Positions 1-12,069 of a stretch of DNA of 64,000 bases are shown here, piece after piece. Position 1 is the first letter of the stretch. Each line of letters begins with the position of its first letter. This DNA is from Mobula hypostoma (taxonomy: Eukaryota): the NCBI RefSeq assembly GCF_963921235.1, contig NC_086109.1, forward strand, positions 27,778,001 to 27,842,000, read 5' to 3'. Below the pieces are notes generated by a model. It worked only from the letters and a program-made list of their open reading frames with translations. It made no database searches and had not been told where the DNA came from. A program made the position numbers and the translations under genes.

Positions 1-19
1 AATCAATGTCTGCTCTCAC

Positions 20-165
20 AGCATTCCTGTCAATTCCCATTCTCCCACTTATTTCCCTGAAACTATTCTTTCCCACATGCCCGTTAACTCCCTCCATTCC
101 TCCAGCTACCCACCAGCACAAAGAGCAATTTACAATGGCTAAATAACCTAGCAAACAGCACATCA
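20..165 (-). mobile_element. Degenerate SINE remnant (HE1/V-SINE-like)
   Basis: Segment ...gagcaatttacaatggctaaataacctagc...gcacatc resembles the reverse complement of elasmobranch SINE bodies; heavily decayed. Confidence 0.35.
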
Positions 166-204
166 AGCTACACTTTTCATCGTCTCAGTAAAGCAGCCAG
201 CTTT

Positions 205-1150
205 CTTGCTTTGGCCTTGTCATCAGGCAGAAAATATAACAGCCTGAAAGCATGTACAATTAACCTCAAGAAGAGCTTCTATCCTGCTGTTATAAGACTT
301 CTGAATGGTTCCCTCGCCCAAGAGTCAACAGTGGCTATTTTCAAGTCCCTGAGCGTCAACATCTCAGAAGATCTGTCCTGGACCCACCATATTGGTACGA
401 TTACAAAGGCAGCACGACGATGGCTATATTTTATTAGAAGTTGGGGGAGATTTGGTATGCCACCGAAGACTCTAGCAAATTTCTACAAGTGTGTAAATTT
501 CTACCGTGGAGAGCATTCTGACTGGTTGCATCACCTTCTGCTATGGAGGCTCCAGTACTCATCGGAATAAGCTGCAGAGAGTTGTAAACTCAGTCAGCTC
601 CATCATGGGCACTAGCTTCCCCAGCACTGAGATCACCTTCAAAAGGCAATGCCTCAAAGAGACCACTAACGACCCTCACCACCCAGGACATGCTCCTTTC
701 TCATTGCTACCACCAGAGAGGAGGTACAGAAGCCTGAAGGCACACACTCAACATTTTAGAAACAGCTTCTTCCCCTCTGCCATGATTTCTGAATGGTCCA
801 AAATCAATGAACACTACTTCAATATTTTCCCTTTCTTTTTGCACACATTAATATATACTGTATATTATATATAGAAGGTACAGGTTGACCTTCACTAATC
901 CGGCACCACTGGGACCTGAGGAGTGCTGGATTAGTGAAAATGCTGAATTACAGAAGGATCACATTAAGCATGATCAGTGCCGGATTATCGAAGGAACCGG
1001 ATTACAGGTAGTTGGATTAGTGAAGGTTGACCTGTATGGTAATATAATAAATATATATTGTAATTTGGGGTATATTTTAGGTATTGCAATGGATTGCAAT
1101 AATCTCACAACATGTCAGTAACAATAATAATAAAACTTTTTCATCGTATC
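205..1150 (+). mobile_element. Rex1/Babar-type LINE 3' fragments (RT C-terminus, DUF1891-like region, 3' UTR), interrupted by a MITE
   Basis: Frames give SEDLSWTHHI..KAARRWLYFIR..LANFYKC and ESILTGCITFCYG..LQRVV..DPHHPGHAPFSLLP..RYRSLKAHTQHFRNSFFPSA; frameshifted. Confidence 0.8.
881..1034. mobile_element. Tc1/mariner-pogo (Tigger-like) MITE, 154 bp
   Basis: TIRs CAGGTTGACCTTCACTAATCC / GGATTAGTGAAGGTTGACCTG flanked by TA at 879-880 and 1035-1036; second copy at 58709-58847. Confidence 0.9.
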
Positions 1151-1169
1151 TCTGTACATATGACAATAA

Positions 1170-1330
1170 TGATGTTGCCATAAGAGAGGAAATCAAAACA
1201 CTCAGTGGAAACCCACATGATTGCAAGTGCAACATGTCAACTCCATATTGGCAGCAACAGAAGCCAAGATCAAACCTCTGCCACTGGAGCTGGGAAGATA
1301 CAACATGACCTGCAGCATTGCCGTGCTGTC
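1170..1330 (-). mobile_element. tRNA-derived V-SINE/HE1-like SINE remnant
   Basis: ggaaacccaca..caactcca..gatcaaacct..cactggagctg: reverse complement of a V-domain plus tRNA-like head; decayed. Confidence 0.5.
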
Positions 1331-2202
1331 CTACCATTCCCTCAAGCTTTGTCTCAAATGTTACCAGAAGCATTAGCTGATATTGACATTGTGAGGGTGA
1401 TGTGGGCAGATAGGAAGTTGGCAGTCAATTTACTGAGCTAAGTGAGATGGAAACAAGGGAGCAGGAGAGTGAATTAACAGTAAATCACATTCAGTTAAAC
1501 AAATAAAGGGGCTGATTTTCTATTTCACTTTCATACTTTGATCTCCCTGCCACCTACACTGTTCCAGTGAATTCAGTGCAAACCCATCTTTTTGTTAGAC
1601 AGATGGTTACAAGCTGAACTCAATTTCAAGTTCAATACTCTAAGATAACATTACTTTCAGTAATTTATTTCAGATTTCTAGCATTCGCTCAAGACTCTGC
1701 TTCTTCCATTTACATTGCCTGCAGACCGACTTTTTGCTGCCTTACCTATTCTGCCAACAGCCACATTAGATTTGCACAAAAAAGCTTGTCATTTCTCTTG
1801 CTGGCTACCTTAATGAAGAACTCTGTAATGAAGAACTTTGCTTCTGTCTGATCTCACCACCTTATCCTTTAATATCTGATGATTTATAAATTTTCCATGA
1901 CTCCGATGATTCATAATCAACCTGAAATGATCCCTCTGTATTCTCTCCAAGTGTATTATTCAACCTGCTGAGTACTTTCAGCATGTTCTGTTTTTACTAT
2001 GGATTACCAGCATTTGTTGAGTTTTGCCTGTATATTTAGGGAATGGAGGAAAAAAGTATAAGTGAGAGAGAAACATAAGAAAAAGAAGGAAGATGTTCTA
2101 AATCTATAAATGTACTTCTTTACCTGCAACAGTGACACTGCACTGCTGGAGTGGTTGACATTTTGCATGAACATAACTGCCATCATTAAAAAAGGAACTT
2201 AC

Positions 2203-2282
2203 ACTGATAATAATCAACCTTTACTTTGTGTAGTGCAACTAACTGAATGGACGACGAGGGCAAGCTGCAGATTTGCACAAAT
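2203..2282 (-). CDS. Candidate internal coding exon of an unidentified host gene (80 nt)
   Basis: Minus strand: acceptor tttttttactccattgtcAG, donor GTAAGT. Only one of three frames is open (FVQICSLPSSSIQLVALHKVKVDYYQ). CpGs are retained and the context is non-repetitive. Protein not recognised. Confidence 0.4.
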
Positions 2283-3189
2283 CTGACAATGGAGTAAAAA
2301 AATCACTCAGCAACTCAACGCATCTCTGGACAGTTTATACACTGAGGCAGAACTCATCATATAGGATTGTACAAACAAAAGGAACAAGAGAACAGCTGGT
2401 GAAGAACATGCTATCAAGAAAAGTTGATGGAAATAAATATGAGCAGAATCCAAGAACACAAAGAGAGCTTTATTAACACACAAAGTGAGGTCTGAGAGGA
2501 AAACTGATGAAGATAAGATATCAATATGCAGCAGATCAATTTGTGAATATTAGGAGTGTTGGAACAAGACAAAACACTGTTGGGAAATACATATAAAAGT
2601 CACCTAAAACAGTTAGACAGTTGGAAGTTTAATCAAGACAGTAATTTTTAAATCGGGTGTTAATGAATAATGTAGGCTTTAATCTTCATGGATAAAAAAA
2701 CATCAAATTTGCAAAAATAGCTTGAAAATTCATAATACATTCAAAAAAACATAAATTTCCCAGAATGATAAAAGCAGAAGATTCTGGAATCACTCAGCAT
2801 TATGCAGCACCTGTGGAAAGAGAAACTTATTGTTTCAGGTTAGAGATCTTTAATAAGAGCAATCTAAGTAACCACCTACTCCGAACATTCAATGAAACTA
2901 GCCCCACTATTGGTACCTTGGGGCTCACCATTGGTCCAGTTGAGGTTCTGTGTAAGAGGAGATTAAAGGTTAGGTATTCTGCAATATGATTCAGCTTCTA
3001 GTACCCCAAATACTTTGAGACATTATGAGCCAAAAGTTTGGAGTAAGATCAAATCTCTTCCACTTGCCTATATAATTGCAACTTCAGAACCCCCTGTTCC
3101 ATTACAATTCCTAGTGCCCTGCCATTCACAGAACAACTTCTACATTAGTTGGAGCATCCAAAATGCATCATCTTATACTTATCACTATG

Positions 3190-4290
3190 GAAATTAATTT
3201 GCCATTCTTTAGACCACTACCATAACTGATCAAGAACCCCTTTAATCTGCCAGAATCTTCTTCACAATCAACAACACCTCTCAGTTTGAGGCATTCTCAA
3301 ACTTACTATTCAAGCCTTGTGCATTCACATCCAAATCATATGCATAAATAACAAGGATTCCAACACCAGTCCCTGTACCATCACTAGTCACCGGCCTCTA
3401 TTTCATCCTTCAAGTCAAGTCAAGTCAAGTCACCTTTTATTGTCATTTCGACCATAACTACTAGTACAGTACACAGTAAAAATGTGACAACGTTTTTCAG
3501 GACCATGGTGCTACAAAACTACAGTGAGCTACGTAAAACAACACAAAACCACACTAGACTACAGACCTACCCAGGACTGCATAAAGTGCAGCCTCCAACC
3601 CACTTTTTCTACTTCCAGGCACTTATGAATCCACCCAACTAGTTCTCCCTGGATTCCATGGGACCTAACCTTCCAAACCAGCCCATCATGTGGTAAAAGA
3701 CCTTGGTAACGTTCAAGCAGACAACAGCCACTGTCCTACCATCATCTACACTTTTGGTTACCTATTCATAAAACTCTAAGTAGTTCATCAGACATGACTT
3801 TTCATGCACAAAGTCATGCTTACTTCTTCTAATCTGATCCTGTCTATCCAAATGCTGGTAGGTCCTATCTTTCAGAATTCCCTCCAGTAACTTCTCCACT
3901 ACTGATGTCAGGCTGACGGGCTTGCTGTTCCCTTGCTTATACAATGGAACAACTATAGCCACCTTTCAGTGTTCCAGAAGCAAATATCTCCACAAGGTCC
4001 TTCACAATTTCTTTTCTACTCACCCACAAAGTCTGAGGAAGCACTTAGTCATGCCCTGGGGTTTTATCCATTTTAATGTGCAGTAAGGCTGCAAGTACCT
4101 CCTCCCTGATAATATGAATGTCCTCCAAAACATCTACACTTGTTGTCCTTACTTCTTCAGCAAAAATGATTTTCTCCACAGCAAATTGTTGAAAATTGAA
4201 ACTCATCCCCTGGGATTCAAGATTCAGGCAATCCTGCTGATCTTTGAGGGGACCTATTCTCTGTCTAGCCAGCATTTGAGCGACACAATA
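3190..4290 (-). mobile_element. Old CR1 LINE ORF2 (RT) fragment
   Basis: VVPLYKQG..KPVSLTSVVEKLLEGILKDR..KSCLMN and EEVLAALLHIKMDKTPG are CR1 RT motifs. Confidence 0.8.
3411..3590 (-). mobile_element. Rex1/Babar-type LINE 3' UTR with (CAAGT)n tail, inserted into the CR1
   Basis: (CAAGT)4 plus a 3' UTR that is the reverse complement of the end of the 45310-46231 copy. Confidence 0.8.
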
Positions 4291-4544
4291 TCTCAATTTT
4301 GGAAAATGTTGCATTTCTTTCATTGGGGCAGGATCAAAATTTTTGAACTCCTGACCAAACAGCATTGAGAAGTATCAATAAAATAGCAAAGGTTCAAGAA
4401 AGAGGGACAACATTATTTTCTTCTGGACAAATAAGGATGGGTGGCTTATACTGGCTTTACATTCAGGAACATTAACAAATTAAAAAAAACAAGGACTTAT
4501 ACCCTGAAATTTAGCAAGTACCCCATGAAAACAGCGTAAAACCA

Positions 4545-7500
4545 CAAGACCATAAGATATACGAGCAGAATTAGGCCATTTTCCCCATTGAGATTGCTCC
4601 GCCATTTCATCATGGCTGATCAATTATTCCTCTCAGCCCCAATCTCCTGCCTTCACCCTGTATTCCTTCATGCCTGGCCAATCAAGAATCTATCAAGTTC
4701 TGGACTCCACGCGCCTGTGGCAAAGAATTGCACAGATTCACAGCTCTCTGGCTAAAGAAATTCTTCCTCATCTGTTCTAAAAGGACATCCCTCTATTCTG
4801 AGGCTGTGGCCTCTGGTCTTAGACATTCCCACAATTGGAAACATCCTCTCCACATCCACTTTCTGAAAGCTTTCCACCATTCGATAAGTTTCTCATTCTT
4901 CTGAACTGCATTGAATACAGTCCCAGAGACATCAAATACTCCTCATGTGACAAGCCATTGAATCCTGGAATCATTTTCGTGATCGTCTTTTGAACTCTTT
5001 CCAGTTTCAGCACATTCTTTCTAAAATAAGAGGCCAAAACTCCTCACAATATTTCAAGTGAGGCCTCACCTGTGCTTTATAAAGTCTCAACATTGCATCC
5101 TTGTTTTTATATTCTCGTCCTTTTGAAATGAATGCTAACATTGCATTTACTTTCTTCACCACAGACTCACCTGAAAAATTAGGGAATCCTGCACAAGGAC
5201 TCCCAAGTCCCTTTGCGCCTCATATTTTTGTATTTCTGCCCATTTAGAATATAGTCAACACTTCAATTTCCTCTACCAAAGTGCATGAACATACAATTCC
5301 CAGCACTATATTCCATCTGCTATTTCTTTGCCCATTCTCCTAATCTGTTTAGGTCCTTCTAGAGCTTCTCTACCTCCTCAAAACTACCTGCCCCTCCACT
5401 TATCTTCATATCGTCTACAAACTTTACAAGAAAGCTATCAATTCCATCATCCAAGTCATCGACATATAACATAAATGAATCGGTCCCACACGGACCCCTG
5501 TGACACACCACTAGTCACCGGCAGCCAACCAGAAGAGGCCCCCTTTATTCCCACTCTTTGCCTCTTGCCAATCACCCACTGCTTTATCCATGCTAAAATC
5601 TTCCCTGCAATATCATGGGCTCATAGCTTGTTAAGCAACCTCATTTGTGGCATCTTGTCAAAGGCCTTCTGAAAATTCAATTACACACCATCAACTGATT
5701 CTCCTGTGTCTCAACTGCTTGTTATTTCTTCAAATAATTCCAACAGAATGGTCAGGCAAGATTTTCCCTTGAGGAAATCATGCTGTCTATAGCCTCTTTT
5801 ATCATGTGCCTCCAAGTACCCTGAGACCTCATTCTTAATAATCGACTCCAATATCTTTCCAAACACTGAGGTCAGACTAAAAGTCCATAGTTTCCTTTCT
5901 TCTGACTCTCTCCATTCTTGACGAGTGGAATGACATTTGCAATTTTCCACTCTTCTGGAATCATTCCAGAATCTAGTGATTCTTGAAAGATCATTACTAA
6001 TGCCTCTGCAATCTCTTCAGCCACCTCTTTCAGAACCCTGGAGATACACCTTCTGGTCTGGGTAACTGATCTACCTTCAGAACTTTCAGTTTCCCAATAA
6101 CCTTCTCTCTAGTAATAGCAACTTCACACACTCCATGACCCCTGACACTTGCAACTTCCTCCATAATACTACTGTCTTCCACAATGAAGACTGATGCAAA
6201 ATACTTATTCAGTTCGTCCACCATTTCATTGTCCCCAATTACTACATCTCCAGCAACATTTCCCAGTGGTCCGATATCCACTCTTGCCTCACTTTATATA
6301 CAGGTGTCCCCCGCTTTTCGAACGTTTGCTTTACGAAACCTCACTGTTATGAAAGACCTACATTAGTACCCTGTTTTTGCTTTCAGAAGGTGTTTTCACT
6401 GTTACGAAAAAAATCAGTGCGCGATAAAAAATTCAGTGCATGAAAAAAATCAGCGCGCGATAAAAGGCAGCGCGCACCCCGAGCAGCTGCTCTCCTATGG
6501 ATTCGGAACGGCATTGCTTAAACCCGAGCCTGTGAGCAGCCGTTTGCAAGATGAGTTCTATGGTGTCGGAAAAGCCTAAAAGAGCTTGTAAGGGTGTTAC
6601 ACTTAGTGTAAAACTAGACATAATTAAGCGTTTCGATCGTGGTGAACAAAGTAAGGACTAAGTGAGTTTGGCTTAAGGAAGCAGATGAAGATGATGTTGA
6701 AGAGGTTTTGGCATCCCATGACCAAGAACTGATAAATGCAATTGGAAGAGGAAAGGATAACAATCGAAACCAAATGCAGTAGTGAAAGTGAAGCAACTAT
6801 GTGAGATTTTCACTGCAATTCACTTTAATTTTGAAATGATACGTAGGTTTAGGGGATATTTGCAAGATGGTTTGAGTCCTTACAAAGAACTGTATGATAG
6901 AAAAATGCGCGAGGCTCAGCAGTCAAACAAGCCTTCCACATCAGCCACAGCAGACGACAAACCTCGACCTTCGACATCGAGGCGGGCAGTCATAGGAGAA
7001 GATGAGCTGCCTGCCCTAATGGAAACAGACGACAAATTGACACCCCAGAGTCCCACCACCCCAACACCCAGGCTGCGGACAGATACTGTACCGATTCGCG
7101 GAGAATGCAGCAGTAGCCGTGGAGAATGCAGCAGTAGCCGGGAGGCACACAGCACATCTTTAAGAAAAAAGCCGAAATAAACATCTAATTAATTAGGTGC
7201 CGCCTAACATGTAATTGTCGGCCCAGATCAGAGACGACGCAATCGGAAATCGGCACTGATCTGGGCCGACATGAAACTGGAAGAGGAAATGGGCATATTT
7301 ATTTCGGCTTTTTTCTTAAAGATATGCTGTGTGCCTCCCAGCTACCGCTGCACCCCTGCATGCTTCGCGGTTCGGTATCAATTGGCGGCCTGGAGGGTGG
7401 GGGCCACTGCACCAACCAACCTGCAACGACTCAGCCTAACACACCATCATCAGTGTGCTTGGCGCTGTCCCAATTCCGGTAAGTGATACTACACTGTACA

Positions 7501-9120
7501 TACATTATTTCTACTTTATATCAGCTGTGTATTTTTACATGTTATTTGGTATGATTTGGCAGCTTCATAGCTTAAAGTTTACTGGAGAGCGCTTGCGCCG
7601 TGTTTTTGCCAACAGCGCTTGTGTGAGATTTTCTGTCGACGGCGCTTGTGTGAGATTTTTGCTATGGAGAACAGTTCAGTAATGATTGTGGAAAAGTATT
7701 TCTACTTTATACAGGCTGTGTATTTATCATATCATTCCTGCTTTTACTATATGTTACTGTTATTTTAGGTTTTATATGTTATTTGGCATGATTTGGTAGG
7801 TCATTTTTGGGTCTGCGAACGCTCACAAAATTTTCCCATATAAATAAATGGTAATTGCTTCTTCGCTTTATGACATTTCGGCTTACAAACCGTTTCATAG
7901 GAACGCTCTACCTTCAGATGGCGGGGGAAACCTGTATCTGCAGAGACTTTTGATATGCTCTTTAATATTATTGGCTAGATTCCATCTTTACTGTCTTAAC
8001 AACTTTTTAGTTGCCTTCTATTGGTTATTAAAAGCTTCCCAAACGTCTAACCTCCCACTAATTTTTGCTCTATTACATGTCCTCTCCTTGGCTTTTACAT
8101 TGGCTTTCACTTCTCTTATTAGCCATGGTTGTGTCTTCTTTCCTATAGAATACTTCTTCCTCTTTGGGATGTATATATCCTGTGCCTTCTAAATTGCTTT
8201 CAGAAATTCTAGCTACTCTGCCATCATCCCTGTCATGGTTTCTTTTTCCCCCAATCAATTCCCGCCAACTCCTCTCTCATGCCTCTGTAATTCCCTTTAG
8301 TCCACTGTAATACTGATACATCTGACTTCAGCGTCTCCTTCTCAAGTTTCAGGGTGAATTTGATCATATTATGCTCTCTCTCCCCTCAGGGTTCTTTTAC
8401 CTTAAGCTCTCAAATTGCTCAACATCCAATCCAGAATAGCTAATCCCCGAGTGGACTCAACCATGGGCTGCTCTAAAAAGCCATCTCCTAGGCACTCTAA
8501 AAGCTCCCCGTCCTGGAATCCAGCACCAACCCGATTTTCCCAATCTACCTGCATATTGAAGTCTCCCATGACTATTGTAGCATTACACTTCCGGCATGCG
8601 TTTTCGATCTCCGGTTGTAATTTGTAGGACACATCCTTAGTACTGTTGGGGTATCTGTATACAACTCCCATCAGGGTCTTTTTACTCTTGCAGTTCCTTA
8701 GCTTAATCCACTATAATTCAACACCTCCCAACCCCATGTCACCTCTTTCTAATGATTTGATTTCATTTTTTTTACCAACAGAGCAATGTCGCCCCCTTTG
8801 CCTTCTTCCTGCCTGTCCTTTCGATACAATATGTATCCTTGAACATTAAGCTCCCAGCTGCAATCCTCTTTGAGCTATGATTCAGTGATGCCTACAACAT
8901 TATACCTGCCAATCAGCAACTGTGCTGCAAGTTCATCAACCTTATTCCTTATACTGTGCACATTCAAATACACCTACAGCCCTGTATTCACCCTTTTCGA
9001 TTTTGTCCACCTTTTACGTTGCAACTCATCCTGTTGACTGCAATTTTGCCCTATCAACAGCCTCTCCTTACTACGCATTGCCTATGTAAACCAGCTGCCT
9101 CATCTTCGGCACTATTATCC
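4545..9120 (-). mobile_element. Long CR1 LINE (end of ORF1, APE endonuclease, RT, 3' tail), degenerate, split by a Tigger insertion
   Basis: APE: GVVYRYPNS..IVMGDFN..FLEQPMVESTRGLAILD (8402-8671). RT: SLTSVFGKILESIIK..KGKSCLT (5711-5950). C-terminus: LERVQK..KMIPG..LGLYS (4819-5037). 3' tail at about 4545-4620. Confidence 0.92.
6301..7934 (+). mobile_element. Non-autonomous, internally deleted Tigger/pogo DNA transposon
   Basis: TIRs CAGGTGTCCCCCGC / GCGGGGGAAACCTG, TA TSD (6299-6300, 7935-7936). CENP-B-type HTH start MSSMVSEKPKRACKGVTLSVKLDIIKRFDRGE at 6551 is joined to C-terminal EADEDDVEEVLASHDQEL..PYKELYD; no DDE domain. Confidence 0.9.
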
Positions 9121-9919
9121 ATGTTTCCTATGATACTCATCAGATTTCTAAATGGTTCATGAACCCATGAAAACTACCTTGTTTATTTCTGTTTTGCACT
9201 GTTCTTTATTTATTATTATAATTTATAGTAATTCTGTCTCTTTGCAATGTATTGTTGCTATAAAACAAGTCAGTGACAATAAACTGTGATTCTGATTTGA
9301 TCAAAGCTTTCAAAATATTGAGGGGAACTGGTTTGTTAGACAGAGGCAAACCATTGCTGTTGGTTGGCAGTATGGGTTTCAGCAATAAAGTCTAAAAATA
9401 AACAACAGCGCAACAAAAAACAAATTAACGAAGTAATGTTCATGGGATTTTGAACTGTTTAGAAATCTGATGGTGGAGAGGAAAAGTATATTTCCTTGTC
9501 ATTGAGTGCGGGTCTTTTAGCTCTTGTACCTCCTCCGGATGTTAGCATTTCAGGACAGGTTAGAGAACATCAGCTTTCAGAAAAGATTAAACATTTGAAA
9601 CTCCTTTCCAAAACTAATGTATGATTAATTGTTAATTTTTGATCTAAGATTGATTGTCAAAGATCTATCAATAGGGTTTAAGGGGAAAAGGCAGGTCAGA
9701 TATTAGATACGACCTGACTGAATGGCATACTCTTGAAACAACCTGGTTAATATCAGATGATCCACGGAAGGCACTTGTGCATTTTCAAGGGAAGTGGCAC
9801 ACCTTCCTGTCTGACCGTCAAACAGTAGCAAAATGTAAACATAACCCATCACATTTTCGAAGCCTTCAGCAGGAGAAGGCTGATTGATGCACATAATGCA
9901 GACATCTTGGAGCCATGGA

Positions 9920-10450
9920 ACACCTTCGTTCCTTCTGCCAAAAAGGTGGGATTTCCTGATGGTCACCTATTTCAGTTTGACTTCCCATTCCCATTCTGAT
10001 ACATCGATCCACGGCCTTCTCTGCTGTCCTGATGAGCAATACCTCATATTCTGTCTGGGTAGCCTCCTACTTCATGGCATGAACATCAATTTCTTCAACT
10101 TTCAGTAATTTCTATGCCTTCCCCATTCTGGCTCCCCTCTCATCCCTGCTCTTCTCCTTACCTGCCCATCATCTTCCTCTGGTGGGCCTCCTCCTTCCCT
10201 TTTTCACATGATCCACTCTCTTCTCCTATCAGATTCCTCCTACTTCAGCTCTTCATCTATCCCCCACACATCCCCTCACCTGGTTCCACCTGCCAGCTTG
10301 TACTCCTTTCCCCCTTCCAACCTCCTTATTCTGGCTCCTTCCCCCCTCCTTTGCAGTCCTGATGAAAGGTCTCAGCTGAAATACCAATTGTTTATTTCCC
10401 ATGGATGCTGCCCGACCTTCTGAGTTTCACCAACATTTTGTGTGTGTTAC
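9920..10450 (+). mobile_element. Penelope-like element 3' end (GIY-YIG C-terminus plus terminus with decayed hammerhead)
   Basis: SHSHSDTSIHGLLCC..EQYLIFCLGSL..GMNINFFNF; cagtc-ctgatga..gaaa at 10354-10385. Confidence 0.85.
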
Positions 10451-10784
10451 ATTATACTGTTTAGCTCATTAATAAAAAAAAGCACTTAATTATGGAACAA
10501 CAATTCAATTCCTGACATTGTTTTAATTGAAATATTGAAAGTAGTGTATTTTAGCCTTGCTGACAGAAATTCAGTGCTGCAGAGAGATTGCCCTTAAAAT
10601 TGCTTACATTCTAAAATCTCATTAAAATTTTGTCAAGATGGTGTCATTGTGACAGTGACAATTCGTTATCGTTGCCCCCTTAAGGATCATTACAATAAGT
10701 GTTGTTCCTTTACAGGAAACATTCACTGACAGTGGAATCTGAAATATTTACCATTCACACCAAGAACTATCAAGATTCCACTGC

Positions 10785-10945
10785 AGGCTTCCCTGCAAGT
10801 CGCACACACCCCTGACTTGAAAACATATTGCTGATCCTTCATTGTGACTGGCTCCACATCCTAGAACTTCTTCCCTGCAGTACTTGGAAGGACTTCTGTG
10901 GTTCAAGGCAGCAGCTCACCGCCATCTTCCCAAGGCTATTACTGA
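10785..10945 (+). mobile_element. Old CR1/L2-group LINE 3' end
   Basis: ttccctgcaagtcgcacac..cctgacttg..ggttcaaggcagcagctcaccgccatctt matches a common elasmobranch LINE tail, recognised from memory. Confidence 0.55.
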
Positions 10946-11217
10946 TACCTAAAGAGAGCTGATGGCAAAAATCACAAAAATAAATAAAAACAAAACAGGG
11001 AGATCTAAGATGGCCAGATTTTATTTTAATAAAAAAACATCAGTTATTGGTTGAAAATAAAGGACTAAATTCTCCAAAACCCATTTATTTAAACATGTTA
11101 TACTGAAATGAGGATTAAGGACTCTCATTACCTACTAGTCAACAAAGGCATGAGATTCATTTACTTAATAATGCCTGTGCAAGTAGACTCACAGATTCCT
11201 GCTGTGTTTCATTGGAA

Positions 11218-11533
11218 CTCCAACAAGCAATCAAATCCTTGTCAAATGCAGCAGAAGAAAGCAGCAATTGGATTTGGATTAAAAGGAAAAACAACAACTG
11301 GGCTGCAAGATGAAGACATGAGGGTATAGAACTGAGGGTGGTGTATCAGGGACGCCAGGTAGCACCATTGAGCCTTCTGGAGACATTGTGGGCTGTTCAA
11401 CGAAATGTCAAAGAAGGAAGGTGCCCACCTGATGACCCTGATGATGTACCTACCCTCCCTCCTTGTCACCACTCCAAACCCAATGCCAACATCAAGAGTG
11501 CCAACTTACCATAGGGATTGAAACATCAAGTCC
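11218..11533 (+). mobile_element. HERO-clade (restriction-like endonuclease) non-LTR retrotransposon, 5'-truncated: ORF C-terminus plus 3' UTR
   Basis: A frame absent from the ORF track reads LQQAIKSLSNAAEESSNWIWIKRKNNNWAAR* (stop 11311-11313), matching the HERO C-terminal pattern (IKxLSEAAERSSxWLWIKRK); followed by a structured 3' UTR. Confidence 0.8.
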
Positions 11534-12069
11534 CAGTAGCTCTAAATCCTGTAGCTTCAAATCCTGAAGTGTGAGCTCACAGCAATAGGATAGTGAAACA
11601 AAATGAGATAGATGGCACTAATTAGAACCACAACAGTGGGACATGAGGAGCGACTTGACCGATTTTGTCAGTAACTGCTCTTCATTAGAGCCGTCCCAAA
11701 ATAATCCTGTTTTGCATCCATGTTCACACCACCTCCCACCTTCTCAAATTTGCCTTGCATCATCTTCAACATTAAGTAATTATTCTGGTTTTTATCCCCC
11801 TGAAAATTTGTCTAACTTCAATAGCCAAAATATCAATGGTCCTGTAAACTTTTGTGTAATGCAGAAATCAAATTTAGAAAACAACAGTACACTGTCCCAA
11901 CCCTGGAAATAAGTAGCCAGTCGCTGGAAGTGTGTCGGAGAATACAAGTAACTCGCCATAACTACAGATAACAAAATCTCCTTGAAGACCAGTGGTGGAT
12001 TGATATTTTCTAACTGGCAACAATGGCTATTTTTCCTCAGGGAGATGCAGAAATTTCAGGTCTGGCCTT

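Noticed and set aside
11401..11445. CGAAA..CTGATGA in the HERO 3' UTR as a hammerhead
   Set aside because: No stem I forms between the putative cleavage site and CTGATGA, and GAAA does not follow the stem II partner; the pseudoknot explains the pairing better.
11643..11912. 89-aa Ser/Asn-rich ORF ending NINGPVNF as a Crypton/DUF3504 tail
   Set aside because: No tyrosine-recombinase H-x-x-R, GH or Y motifs nearby; the similarity is low-complexity only.
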